Below, piece after piece: positions 31,746 to 40,943 of a DNA stretch of 64,000 nucleotides. The stretch is taken from positions 186,001 through 250,000 of the IMG/VR virus record IMGVR_UViG_3300049001_000044; one strand, written 5' to 3'. The stretch's first letter is position 1. Each line of letters begins with the position of its first letter. Made by a program: the position numbers and the translations under genes. The notes under the pieces are model-generated. The model did no database searches. It saw only the letters and a program-made list of their open reading frames with translations, and had not been told where the DNA came from.

Positions 31746-33610
31746 TCCTTCCACGCCAGCTTCATGCGATCAGATGCCTTCCTTGCAGCGGCTTTCTTAG
31801 CTGCACTCCAATCACGGCGCTTTGCCCAGGTGTCGACCTTGTCACGCTCAATGTGGATGTGTTCAATCGCTACAGCAGCCAAAACGCGAGCACGAGTTGC
31901 GTAAGATGGCAGACTAGCACGCAGCTTGATGGTGCGGAAGTCATCACGCAGTTTCCAAGTAAGCTTCGTGAGCTCTTCACGCGCTTCATCGAACAGCTCG
32001 CGATCACCGTTATTTGCGGTGGTGTTGAGCACCTTGATAAACCCCACGTACTCATCGAGCAGTCCATTCACGTTCTTGTACGTGTTGATTACGCGTTCGG
32101 CGTTCTTCAGAACCTGCTCACGATCCTTAGTGTTAGGCGATGGATTTTCTTCGACGAACTTTTTGTGGATTTTGAAGTTCGCTTCCACGCCTGCGATGAA
32201 CTCCTTAGCTGCCTTCTTTTCAGCGGCAGTGCGTGGCTTCGTGTCATCAACGTGAAGTGCCTGACCAGCAGTTGGGAAGTTCATGTTTGGCTGAGTTGCT
32301 GCTCTGCCATACACGCTACATGCGGTCCCATCAGTGAGGGTGAATTCGGTATTGGACTTCTTTGCAGTGTCCTTTTCCTTCTTCGCTGTAATCTTTTCAG
32401 CTTCCTTACCACCAGCGTCGATGAAGTTCTCGTTGTCCTTCCATCTCTTTCTCCACTTCAGCAGAGACACCGGGACTTCGATAATCTCTGGCTCAGCACC
32501 AGTAGAGACGTCAACCTTGATCAGGTTTTCCTCCCAGCTAGGGCCTTTCCTATCGGCCTTGCTGACGATGTAGCCATACTCATCATCAGCGTGCCTGGTA
32601 TTTGGGTTCTCACCCCTACCAACACGAACCCAATCGCCGATGTAGAGGCGACTGTTAGGATAGTGCGTCTTGATGCAACCAGTTCCCACCTTTAGGCCTG
32701 AGGCCTTCTTGATGTACTCTGCGGTGCGGTTGATTGGGGTGGACTTGTCTCTTACTACGACGTTTTCGGCGACTGGCTCTTCTGCCGGCTCTTCATCGAA
32801 GCCAATTACCTGCAGAACAGTGGCGCTGTCAACTTCTGCATTCTTGCACAGGCGCTTGATATCCTTACGCTTCAGCATTTGATCACCGTCAGTTTCTTCC
32901 AGCTCTTCCACCACCTTATCTACATCTTCCTGCGTGATCTTTGGCTCTTCCTTCTTCGCCTCATCCTTCAGCTTCTTGACGAACTTCTTGACTTTGATTT
33001 CATCAGGCGCCTTGTCGGCGTAGTAGGACTCACGCACTTGGCGCATTGGCTTCATCATCATCTTGATCTTAGCCAGCTTAGCATCGTAACGGGTACCCCA
33101 GTCAGTGAGACCCTTGATGAAAGCGGCAATGCGCTTGACGATGTCTTTCACGCCTTCGTCGATGTTGGTAGTCACAGTCAGGGATGGAGCTCGGCCCTTA
33201 ACTTCCGACTCGAACTTTTTCTGCAGCTCTGCAATCTTCCCAGCCAGCTCAGGCATGATCTTGATGAGCTCTTCGACCACCTTGTCATTGTCAGTCTTCG
33301 TACCCGCTTTGCCATGCTTCGACATCGACAGGGACATCGACACAGTCTCGATAACACGGGTGTAGATGATGTCTTCAGCGTCGAAGTAGTTTTGGATTGC
33401 TTCCTTAGCTTTGGCATTGAGCTTGTCGCGCTGCGTCTGCAGCTTCTTCAGCTCGACGTCAATCTTCTTGTACTCTCTTGCCATCTTTGTGAAGGCGGCA
33501 GACTCGCTGCCTTCTAGACGAACTGTGACGCGCTCAACTTGGCCCTTGATCTCGAGAAGATCGTAGGTCTTCTTTTTGTCGCGTGCTTCAAATAGATCTA
33601 AAATCAGCAT
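31742..33610 (-). CDS. 622-aa hypothetical, possible head internal protein
   Basis: Long ORF starting MLILDLFE. Confidence 0.75.
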   Translation of the reverse strand: MLILDLFEARDKKKTYDLLEIKGQVERVTVRLEGSESAAFTKMAREYKKIDVELKKLQTQRDKLNAKAKEAIQNYFDAEDIIYTRVIETVSMSLSMSKHGKAGTKTDNDKVVEELIKIMPELAGKIAELQKKFESEVKGRAPSLTVTTNIDEGVKDIVKRIAAFIKGLTDWGTRYDAKLAKIKMMMKPMRQVRESYYADKAPDEIKVKKFVKKLKDEAKKEEPKITQEDVDKVVEELEETDGDQMLKRKDIKRLCKNAEVDSATVLQVIGFDEEPAEEPVAENVVVRDKSTPINRTAEYIKKASGLKVGTGCIKTHYPNSRLYIGDWVRVGRGENPNTRHADDEYGYIVSKADRKGPSWEENLIKVDVSTGAEPEIIEVPVSLLKWRKRWKDNENFIDAGGKEAEKITAKKEKDTAKKSNTEFTLTDGTACSVYGRAATQPNMNFPTAGQALHVDDTKPRTAAEKKAAKEFIAGVEANFKIHKKFVEENPSPNTKDREQVLKNAERVINTYKNVNGLLDEYVGFIKVLNTTANNGDRELFDEAREELTKLTWKLRDDFRTIKLRASLPSYATRARVLAAVAIEHIHIERDKVDTWAKRRDWSAAKKAAARKASDRMKLAWKE

Positions 33611-33613
33611 GTG

Positions 33614-33859
33614 TTAGCCTTTGTATTTTACGACACCATCTTCAGCGCGGAAGATAATGGTTTTCTGTTTGTAGTTGGTGAGTGCGTTGCTGCCAACGTA
33701 GACCAGCTCATTCTTCGAGCCGCCCGGTGGATTGCGCTTCTCAAATCCCAGCTTCTTCATCTTCGCAGTTGCCTCGCGAGTCTTCATGCCGATAATGTCT
33801 TCCAGCTCAGATGACAGACTCTCAGTCACTGTGTTTTCAAATAGATCCTGAAGTAACAT
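33614..33859 (-). CDS. small hypothetical protein
   Basis: Starts MLLQDLFE. Confidence 0.65.
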   Translation of the reverse strand: MLLQDLFENTVTESLSSELEDIIGMKTREATAKMKKLGFEKRNPPGGSKNELVYVGSNALTNYKQKTIIFRAEDGVVKYKG

Positions 33860-34671
33860 TAGTCATTCTCCGCGATCATGATCAGCTTTTTGCCGCCAAC
33901 ATCCAGTGAGTAGATTTTGTTTGGACGCTTCCACGTCTTGGTCCACTTCTTAAGCTTCTCGACGTCAATGTTAGTCTTCTTTGCAATTCTTTCAGCAAAG
34001 TGTACCAAGTCTTCCTTCTCATAGTGAGATGGGTCCTGCACAAAGTCAATAACCTTTTCCACCTGAGAATGTTCACATGCGACTAGCAGTGTCTCGCTGC
34101 GTTCGCCCGAGCTGCCGTCGTAAGAGCTGATCTCAACAACTTTATCATGCTGCTTCAGGAATTTTAGGACCTTTGATGGCATGCCAGTATGCCAACCATT
34201 CTCAAGTTCTTCTTTGTCATCGGTGTCGATGGCATTGTGGTAGTCGTTAATCACGTGTGCGACGTATGCGCCACCAATACTTTCGGTCTTATCAAACAAA
34301 AGAGTGGGTGCCGACGATGGGATCAAGTATACGCCATCACCAAGAGTGTCAATGTCGTTTGTGAATTTTTCAAGAGCTTTTGGTTTCTTTGGTGCTGCTG
34401 CTTCATTCACGCCACGCTTCAGCTCTGGGTATTTGAACACGACTTTGTCTTCACCCTTGATTCCCATGTCCTTTATGAGGAAGTTGATGACGTCATCACG
34501 TGAACCAGTAACGGTCAAGTTCACAAGACCAGCGTTGGTACCTTTTGCTGTGGTGAATTTCAGACGAGCGTTCTTCTTCTCGTAGAAAGGAAGATATTCT
34601 TCCTGTGCGGATTTGATGGTGATGGTCACCTGTGGATTTGCAAGTGCCTGCAATTCTTGGAGTAGTTTCAT
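33859..34671 (-). CDS. hypothetical protein
   Basis: 270 aa, starts MKLLQEL. Confidence 0.7.
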   Translation of the reverse strand: MKLLQELQALANPQVTITIKSAQEEYLPFYEKKNARLKFTTAKGTNAGLVNLTVTGSRDDVINFLIKDMGIKGEDKVVFKYPELKRGVNEAAAPKKPKALEKFTNDIDTLGDGVYLIPSSAPTLLFDKTESIGGAYVAHVINDYHNAIDTDDKEELENGWHTGMPSKVLKFLKQHDKVVEISSYDGSSGERSETLLVACEHSQVEKVIDFVQDPSHYEKEDLVHFAERIAKKTNIDVEKLKKWTKTWKRPNKIYSLDVGGKKLIMIAEND

Positions 34672-34728
34672 GTTGGGCTCCTGATAATGGATGTGGTATT
34701 TACTTGACCTTGGTTCTGAGCAAAAAGA

Positions 34729-34748
34729 AAGGGAGCCTAGGCTCCCTT
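34729..34748 (-). terminator. terminator after the major capsid gene
   Basis: AAGGGAGCC/GGCTCCCTT stem followed by a T tract. Confidence 0.7.
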
Positions 34749-34822
34749 AATTTTGATTTTACTTTTTGTAGTTCTAACGTCAGCCTTGTTCAACAAGGAG
34801 AGGACCGAAGTCCTCTACCTCA

Positions 34823-36040
34823 TTATACGAACGACAGGTTAGCGACGTTGATACGACCGTAGTAGTCAGCCGAGTTACCCAGGGACGTCGAGGTCTGGGT
34901 GAAGGTTGCCTTACCGTAACGAGTCATCAGCGACACGTGTGGGTTGAAGGTGTTAGGGTCAACAACGACACCCGAAGACATCAGAGGGATGTATGGGCAG
35001 TAGAAGTAACCAGCGTCCAGTTCACCATTGCCGCCCTTGAAGCCGAGCAGGATTGGCTCAGTACCGGTTTCGTGGTAGATGTAGGTGTAAACCTTGATCG
35101 AACCATTCAGGGTACCAACCAGCTTGGTGTTGTTAGGACCTTCGAAGGAACCGGAAACAGCAGGTGCGAAGACCGACTTGGTTGCCGACTGGAGGATTGC
35201 TACGACCATTGGCGAAACAACGATCCAGTTTGCTTGTGCACGACGGGTCTTACGTGCGATTTCCATTGCGACCTTGTTGATCAGCACGCCGAGAACTGCG
35301 TGACGATCGCCGACGTAGTGAGGAACACCGGTGAAGGTACCTGCCATGTCGAACGATTCAACGGTACCAGCCAGAGCGATCAGGTCGTTGATGATTTCGT
35401 TGTCGATTTCGCCAACGATTGCTGCGGACAGCGAAGAAGTCAGTTCAGCTTCCATGTCCAGACCATGCGATGCCTTCAGGTCTTGCATGGATTCTGGCGT
35501 CCAGCGAGCTTGCAGCTTACGCGAGCCAGCGGTGACGGTCTGCTTCAGCAGTTCCAGGGTCATGGTACGACCACCGTATGCTTCGAAGTCGCCAGTTGCT
35601 GCTGCGACACCGGTCGAGGTTGCTGGGGATGGGCCGCCTGCTGGAGCTGCTGCGTCCGAGGTGGAGTAGAAGCGACGCATCTTCGAGTGGGTGTGTGCCC
35701 AGATCTCGTCGCCCGCGGTGATGTCGGTAGCTGGGTTACCAGTATTGACCGACTCAGCGAACAGGAAGCGCTGCGAGTAAACCAGACCAACTGGACCGCT
35801 CATTGGCTGAACGCCGACGAGTTCGGTAGCGATGGTCGAAGGGATGATGCGGCGAATCATTGGGATTGCGATCTTCTGGAAGTTCGCGATCGCGCCTGCG
35901 CCTTGGGTGCCGGCTTCAGCGGTTTCCTTCAGATATGCCATCTGGTTTTCCAGGACTGGCGCCAGGACTGCTTTCTTCTGGCTAGAGAGACCTTCAAGAA
36001 GGGTCTCTTTAGTTGCTGTCCAATTTTCAAAAAGTTCCAT
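34823..36040 (-). CDS. gp23: major capsid protein
   Basis: VGVQPMSGPVGL, A.SRKLQARWT.E, YCPYIPL and TRYG T4-gp23 motifs. Confidence 0.95.
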   Translation of the reverse strand: MELFENWTATKETLLEGLSSQKKAVLAPVLENQMAYLKETAEAGTQGAGAIANFQKIAIPMIRRIIPSTIATELVGVQPMSGPVGLVYSQRFLFAESVNTGNPATDITAGDEIWAHTHSKMRRFYSTSDAAAPAGGPSPATSTGVAAATGDFEAYGGRTMTLELLKQTVTAGSRKLQARWTPESMQDLKASHGLDMEAELTSSLSAAIVGEIDNEIINDLIALAGTVESFDMAGTFTGVPHYVGDRHAVLGVLINKVAMEIARKTRRAQANWIVVSPMVVAILQSATKSVFAPAVSGSFEGPNNTKLVGTLNGSIKVYTYIYHETGTEPILLGFKGGNGELDAGYFYCPYIPLMSSGVVVDPNTFNPHVSLMTRYGKATFTQTSTSLGNSADYYGRINVANLSFV

Positions 36041-36061
36041 GTGAGTATACTCCTTCTTGGA

Positions 36062-36934
36062 TTAGTTTAGGCCGGCGAGTTTACGCAGTTGCGCGAACTG
36101 ATCGGTGGTCGACTTGGCTGGAGCAGCAGGTGCACGCTCTTCACCGGTTTTTACAACACTAGCACCCTCGGTCAGAGGAGTTGCTGCAGCAGCCGGCTTG
36201 GTGTCTTCTTTCAGAACACGGCCGATGAATTGGTTGTAGGCTTCTTCCAGACGATCGGTTTCGATGTTCTGGAGTACGAATGCCATTTGCTCACGCTTCT
36301 TACCAGACAGCGGGGCAAGAATCTTTTCGAGTTTCGATTCACGCACAATCTTGGCATTTGCGGACTCAAGAGTCGCGATTGCTTTGTTGGCGTCATCGAG
36401 TTTAGCAACAGCGGCTTGGAGCTTCGATTGGATCGAGTCTTCATCGATGTGCGACTTGGTAAATTCGGTAGCGAATGCTTCGAAGATCTTGCGACCAAAC
36501 TCATTCTGCTTGACGATGTCAAGGTCTTCTTTGAGTTCAGTAAATTCCTCATTCAGACGGAGCTCGAAGAACGAGTCGATCTTATCGATGAGAGAGTCAA
36601 GTTCTTCTGCTAGCTGGTCAGCCATCGAGTGCTTTTCCTCGACGATCTTTTCAGCATATTCTGCTTCGAGATCACGGAAACGTTCGATGTCAGCTTTCAG
36701 TTCGGCTACTTCTTCTTCCAACTTCGCAGCAACGAATTGCTCGACGTTCTCAACCAAAGCATCACGTTCGGTGGCCCACTGTTCTGCAAGCTCGCTTCTC
36801 ACTGTCATGGAAACTTCTTCACGTACTGCAGTTTTGTACTGCGATACGGCTTCGGTCCACTGAGAGGAGATTTCGTTCTTAGCGTCTTCGCTAAGAAGTT
36901 CAGAGCTTAGCAGTTTCTGGAGGATTTCATCCAT
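36062..36934 (-). CDS. gp22: prohead core scaffold protein
   Basis: Acidic coiled coil upstream of gp23; FGRKIFEAF motif; C-terminus LRKLAGLN. Confidence 0.85.
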   Translation of the reverse strand: MDEILQKLLSSELLSEDAKNEISSQWTEAVSQYKTAVREEVSMTVRSELAEQWATERDALVENVEQFVAAKLEEEVAELKADIERFRDLEAEYAEKIVEEKHSMADQLAEELDSLIDKIDSFFELRLNEEFTELKEDLDIVKQNEFGRKIFEAFATEFTKSHIDEDSIQSKLQAAVAKLDDANKAIATLESANAKIVRESKLEKILAPLSGKKREQMAFVLQNIETDRLEEAYNQFIGRVLKEDTKPAAAATPLTEGASVVKTGEERAPAAPAKSTTDQFAQLRKLAGLN

Positions 36935-37038
36935 TGCAAGTTCTCCTTTTGAATATTTGGGGAGTAAGATATTCGTTATATCCTACGGCTATGAACTTTG
37001 ACGCGGTAAATAGAAACGTCTATTTGGTATAGCGATCC

Positions 37039-37045
37039 TATTTAT
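37039..37045 (-). promoter_or_regulatory. late promoter-like ATAAATA before gp22-gp23
   Basis: Position and consensus. Confidence 0.6.
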
Positions 37046-37164
37046 GGGGTGGCGCAAAATTCCATTGAAAACCGCTAAAAAATCTGTTGCGGTTCGCTGC
37101 TAAACTGTCACATTCAGCAGCGGTTGCGTAATCTTACTTATAGGTTCTTCGTGAACCTGTTAGA

Positions 37165-37611
37165 TTATTCGCCTGCTTTTACAAGCTTATTGTACTTCGC
37201 CTTCGTTACACCAATGTCATTGAAGAACTTTTTGTTCTCTTCCCAACCACCAGCGCTGTCGAAATCAAACTTGTCTTCAAGCTTAGCAACAAGAGAATCG
37301 CCGGCATTACCACCGCCAACCATCAGACTGCGAACAGCCCGAGCGGAAGTTCTGATACCTTTGCCTGCGAGTTCGCTAACGATCTCGTCGATGATTACCT
37401 TGACGTCGTCTTCTAGGCTTTCACCCAGTATGTCGTCATCCGATTCAGTGTTTTCATTTGTTTGGGGTGTTGCTACAGGTGCTACTTGTGCCAGCCCAGA
37501 CACCTCACGCATTTTCACGGTGAGGTAGTTGTGCAGATCAAGTGCAGCATGGTCAGTGTTGTCGTTGATGACATTGTTGAGCATGCTCTTCAGTGCTTCT
37601 CGCTTATCCAT
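37165..37611 (-). CDS. gp67-like prohead core protein
   Basis: In the head module; N-terminal helix LKSMLNNVIND...LDLHNYL followed by an acidic linker. Confidence 0.55.
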   Translation of the reverse strand: MDKREALKSMLNNVINDNTDHAALDLHNYLTVKMREVSGLAQVAPVATPQTNENTESDDDILGESLEDDVKVIIDEIVSELAGKGIRTSARAVRSLMVGGGNAGDSLVAKLEDKFDFDSAGGWEENKKFFNDIGVTKAKYNKLVKAGE

Positions 37612-37668
37612 ATAAGTTCTCCTTTAAGTGCACGACTGAGTCGTGCACGTATTTAGCAGGTGCTGTCA

Positions 37669-37914
37669 TCAGGCGTCGAACGAATCGACCTTCCCTTTGA
37701 GTGCTTTGACAGCTTTTTCGTAGTCCTTCGTCGTCTTGAAATTGAAGTAGAACATGTCCATGAAATACTCCATGTCGACTGCCACACCAGCCTTTGCGAT
37801 GGTGATGCAGGCAGTCTTCACCTTCTCTTCATCTTGCAAGCCAAACGAAGGAGCAGAGCCGGTGTCTTCCTTGCAGTAGTTCGCAAGAGCTAGAATTCTG
37901 TCTTTCGTTAGCAT
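37669..37914 (-). CDS. hypothetical protein
   Basis: Likely start MLTKDRIL. Confidence 0.55.
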   Translation of the reverse strand: MLTKDRILALANYCKEDTGSAPSFGLQDEEKVKTACITIAKAGVAVDMEYFMDMFYFNFKTTKDYEKAVKALKGKVDSFDA

Positions 37915-37924
37915 AGTGATCCTC

Positions 37925-38551
37925 TTATTTGACGTTGCCAGCTTCGTAGCCATTACCCTCAAACGACTTCAGGGTCTGCTGTACAGCGCCGACGGTGTTG
38001 TACGGTTTGTTTGGCAGGTGGATTTGAACGTAGTCGTCGCTCTGCGAAGTCTCAAGCGGTGCACCATCCACGCTGTGCGTTTTCTCCAGCGCTGCTTTGA
38101 TCGCGTTGACTTTCTGAGTGTAGGCCTTGTGGACTGACACGACGCTTGCGATGTTTTGCGCGTCTTCCTTCAAGTCATCGCCTTTGGCTGCGCCATCAGC
38201 AACGCCTGCGTCATACACCTTCTTCAGGAAGTCTTCCATTGCAGTGAGGTCATCAGACTCACCACCGTCTGGGTCACCAATGCCGAACTTCTTGCAAACA
38301 CTTTGAGCGATCTTAGTGATGATCTCTGGGAGATCATCCTTGTCATCCTTCTCTTTGTCCTTGCCTTTACCTTCAGCATCACCGCCATCTTCACCTTTTT
38401 CGATATCGAGGTCAGCGTCGTCCTTCTTGGCGTCGTCTTTTTCTTCCTTGTCCTTCTTCGCTGGCTTAGCGTTAGTAGGAGCGTCGACGACTTCCTTCCA
38501 TTCCTTAAGCAGTGGAAGACCCGCCAGCTTTCTGAGTTTATTTTGATCCAT
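37925..38551 (-). CDS. putative head internal/core protein with N-terminal LRKLAGL
   Basis: MDQNKLRKLAGLPLLKE; K/D-rich. Confidence 0.7.
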   Translation of the reverse strand: MDQNKLRKLAGLPLLKEWKEVVDAPTNAKPAKKDKEEKDDAKKDDADLDIEKGEDGGDAEGKGKDKEKDDKDDLPEIITKIAQSVCKKFGIGDPDGGESDDLTAMEDFLKKVYDAGVADGAAKGDDLKEDAQNIASVVSVHKAYTQKVNAIKAALEKTHSVDGAPLETSQSDDYVQIHLPNKPYNTVGAVQQTLKSFEGNGYEAGNVK

Positions 38552-38553
38552 GA

Positions 38554-39168
38554 TTATTTCGCGGTGAGTTTTTCGATGAACTTCTTGATCTCAGCGGTGA
38601 GGTACTTCTGAGCCTTTTGGTCTTCAATGACAGCTTCTGCCAGGGTACGGATCTTGGCGTGTTCCACCGATTCACGTACGACGTCTGGGTAGCAGCCTGG
38701 GCCGCTAGGCTGAGCAACGATGTCAACGGTAACGAAGTTGAAGTCTTCAACGACACCTTCATTCGTGACGTTACCAGTACCACGCGACGACACACCAAGC
38801 TTCACGCCGCCGGCGATCAGGTTCTGCACGATGAGGCCCGATGGAGTGTTGAGAATCTTGCACTTACCGATAGCATTGTTGCCATCCATGTAAGCTTCAG
38901 TGATGATGTGGGAAACGTTCTTCAGGTCGATCGACAGATTGTCTGGGTGATTGAGTTCGCCCATGACGTAAGAACCTTCTTTGCACTTCTCATTGATGAA
39001 GTTGACAGCGCGGGAAATTTCGCTGTGCGGGTAGACGCGCTGATTCAGGTTCTTCTGTTCAGCTGCCATCATGCGGCCAGCCAGATAGATGTTCTTGTCA
39101 GTGTCGCGGGATTCTACCAGAGCGGCCTGCGCCGGTGTGAAACGCTCGATGAGGAGCTGCTGTTTCAT
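38554..39168 (-). CDS. gp21: prohead protease
   Basis: GELNHP, LGVSSRGTG and VDIVAQPS motifs. Confidence 0.93.
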   Translation of the reverse strand: MKQQLLIERFTPAQAALVESRDTDKNIYLAGRMMAAEQKNLNQRVYPHSEISRAVNFINEKCKEGSYVMGELNHPDNLSIDLKNVSHIITEAYMDGNNAIGKCKILNTPSGLIVQNLIAGGVKLGVSSRGTGNVTNEGVVEDFNFVTVDIVAQPSGPGCYPDVVRESVEHAKIRTLAEAVIEDQKAQKYLTAEIKKFIEKLTAK

Positions 39169-39213
39169 GTTTATCTCCTTTAAGTTATCAGGATAGCCTG
39201 AGTCTAGACCCGT

Positions 39214-39220
39214 TATTTAT
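39214..39220 (-). promoter_or_regulatory. late promoter-like ATAAATA before gp21
   Basis: Position and consensus. Confidence 0.55.
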
Positions 39221-39266
39221 GGGGTTAGAAAGTGCGCCACCATAATAGCAGCGCACTCAAACTACA

Positions 39267-40934
39267 TTAGGCCGCAGTACTGGCAGTTGCAGTGCCGGTA
39301 TCTGTGGTGTCGTCAGTAGCGGTGTCATCAGTTGTTTCATCACCTGCTTCAGCTGCAGCGCCGAAGGTTTCACTGTTGTCCATGCCACCTCCCATGTCTC
39401 CACCCATTCCCATACCACCATCGTCCATCGCCGCATCGCCGTCCACTTCAACTTTCTCACGGTTACCGTAAACAGCTGGGTCATACATCTGCTGCAGCTC
39501 ACCAACCTCTGGGCGGTTTTCGATGCTACGCTCTTGCTTCAGCATTGCTTCGTTCATCTGGATTTCGTCTTCAGTCAGACCAAGGTAACGCTTCAAGATG
39601 AATCGCTTCGACAGATACTCAGTGTCTTCAATCGACTTGAACGAATTGATGAGGTCAGTGTCAAGTGCTGCTTGACGGTACAGCGCGAAGTTCTGTGGCT
39701 CTGGCAGGGACAGACGGAAAATCTCACTATCCAAGTTGATGCCTACGACCTGTAGGTACGTTTTGAATTCACGATCGAACACTTCTTCCAACGACGTTTG
39801 CAGACGCATGATGAAGTTAGCGAAGCGGAGTTCTTCAATGTACGCAATACCTACCTTGCCATCGCTGAACTGCGCGCCTTGAGCATCTTGACCAGCCATG
39901 TAGGAAGTAGGAACGCGAAGAGCACGGAACAGACGCTTGAGGAAGTAATCGAGTTCAGGGATATCCCAAGTTTGACCGCCTGGCAAGGTCTCAACGCGTG
40001 AGCCTCGACCCGCTGCGGTGACTGGGAAGAACATGTCTTCCTGAATAGATTCAGGATTGTACTGCGAGTCAGTGTTCTGACCGCTGTTTTGCGAAGGAAT
40101 ACGTTTCTGACGAATGTCGTTCTTGATCGATTCGATGTATTGCTTCACTCGCTGCGGTGGCATATTACCAACGTCGATGTAGAAGACACGACGCTCTGGT
40201 GCACGCACGATACGGTAAATGATCGCAGCGCTTTCCAACATTTGCAGCTTCTGCCAGTCAAGGTAGGCTGGTTGAAGGATCGAACGGCCGAACGGCGCGG
40301 TGTCATCCATCTCATCCGACAGGGTGAAGTGCAGCATTGCTGCGGCTGGAACAATCTCCACGCTCTCAGTCTGTCCTTGGCCTTCAATTTGCGCTGGACG
40401 AATGTGGTAAGCGATCTTCTCACCAGTGAAAGGATCGATCTCGATACCAACCACACGAGTCGCATTCACATACTCCCATGGCTTTGTATCGGAGGTCTTG
40501 CGGAAGAAGCAGTCACCGTACTTACACATCGAACGGGCGATGTTGTACACCTTCTTGTTCAAACCATGGAAGTTACTCCAGTGGCGAAGTGCTGCACGGA
40601 GGGTAGTAGCGGTGGTGTCGCTGATGTTTTGGTTTTCTTCTGTCTGATAATCGATGATGAAGGGCAGATTCGTTCGCTTGTCGGCGTTCGAGATTTCTTC
40701 AGCAATGGTGTCAAGCGCACGTGATACGTCGCCTGCATCCATGTTGTCATATTGCTTGTACTTCTGAAGGCGCGATGCCGCGCCTTTCATCACGTTCGTG
40801 AACCACGAAACGGTTGCAAACGATGCAAAGCCTGGGGACTGACCCTGGTCATCCTGCCTAACGGGCGCCTGATTGTAAGACGCCTTACGTGTAGCAGGAG
40901 TGACGATGCGCCAGTAATTGGTCCATGCGGCCAT
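39267..40934 (-). CDS. gp20: portal protein
   Basis: IYRIVRAPERRVFYIDVGNMP, FFP...GRGSRVETLPGG. Confidence 0.95.
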   Translation of the reverse strand: MAAWTNYWRIVTPATRKASYNQAPVRQDDQGQSPGFASFATVSWFTNVMKGAASRLQKYKQYDNMDAGDVSRALDTIAEEISNADKRTNLPFIIDYQTEENQNISDTTATTLRAALRHWSNFHGLNKKVYNIARSMCKYGDCFFRKTSDTKPWEYVNATRVVGIEIDPFTGEKIAYHIRPAQIEGQGQTESVEIVPAAAMLHFTLSDEMDDTAPFGRSILQPAYLDWQKLQMLESAAIIYRIVRAPERRVFYIDVGNMPPQRVKQYIESIKNDIRQKRIPSQNSGQNTDSQYNPESIQEDMFFPVTAAGRGSRVETLPGGQTWDIPELDYFLKRLFRALRVPTSYMAGQDAQGAQFSDGKVGIAYIEELRFANFIMRLQTSLEEVFDREFKTYLQVVGINLDSEIFRLSLPEPQNFALYRQAALDTDLINSFKSIEDTEYLSKRFILKRYLGLTEDEIQMNEAMLKQERSIENRPEVGELQQMYDPAVYGNREKVEVDGDAAMDDGGMGMGGDMGGGMDNSETFGAAAEAGDETTDDTATDDTTDTGTATASTAA

Positions 40935-40943
40935 TCATCTCTC

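Noticed and set aside
31853-37528. Long plus-strand ORFs antisense to head genes (for example 34937-36070 and 31853-32695)
   Set aside because: These are shadow ORFs from codon bias of the real minus-strand genes; they have no RBS or recognizable motifs.
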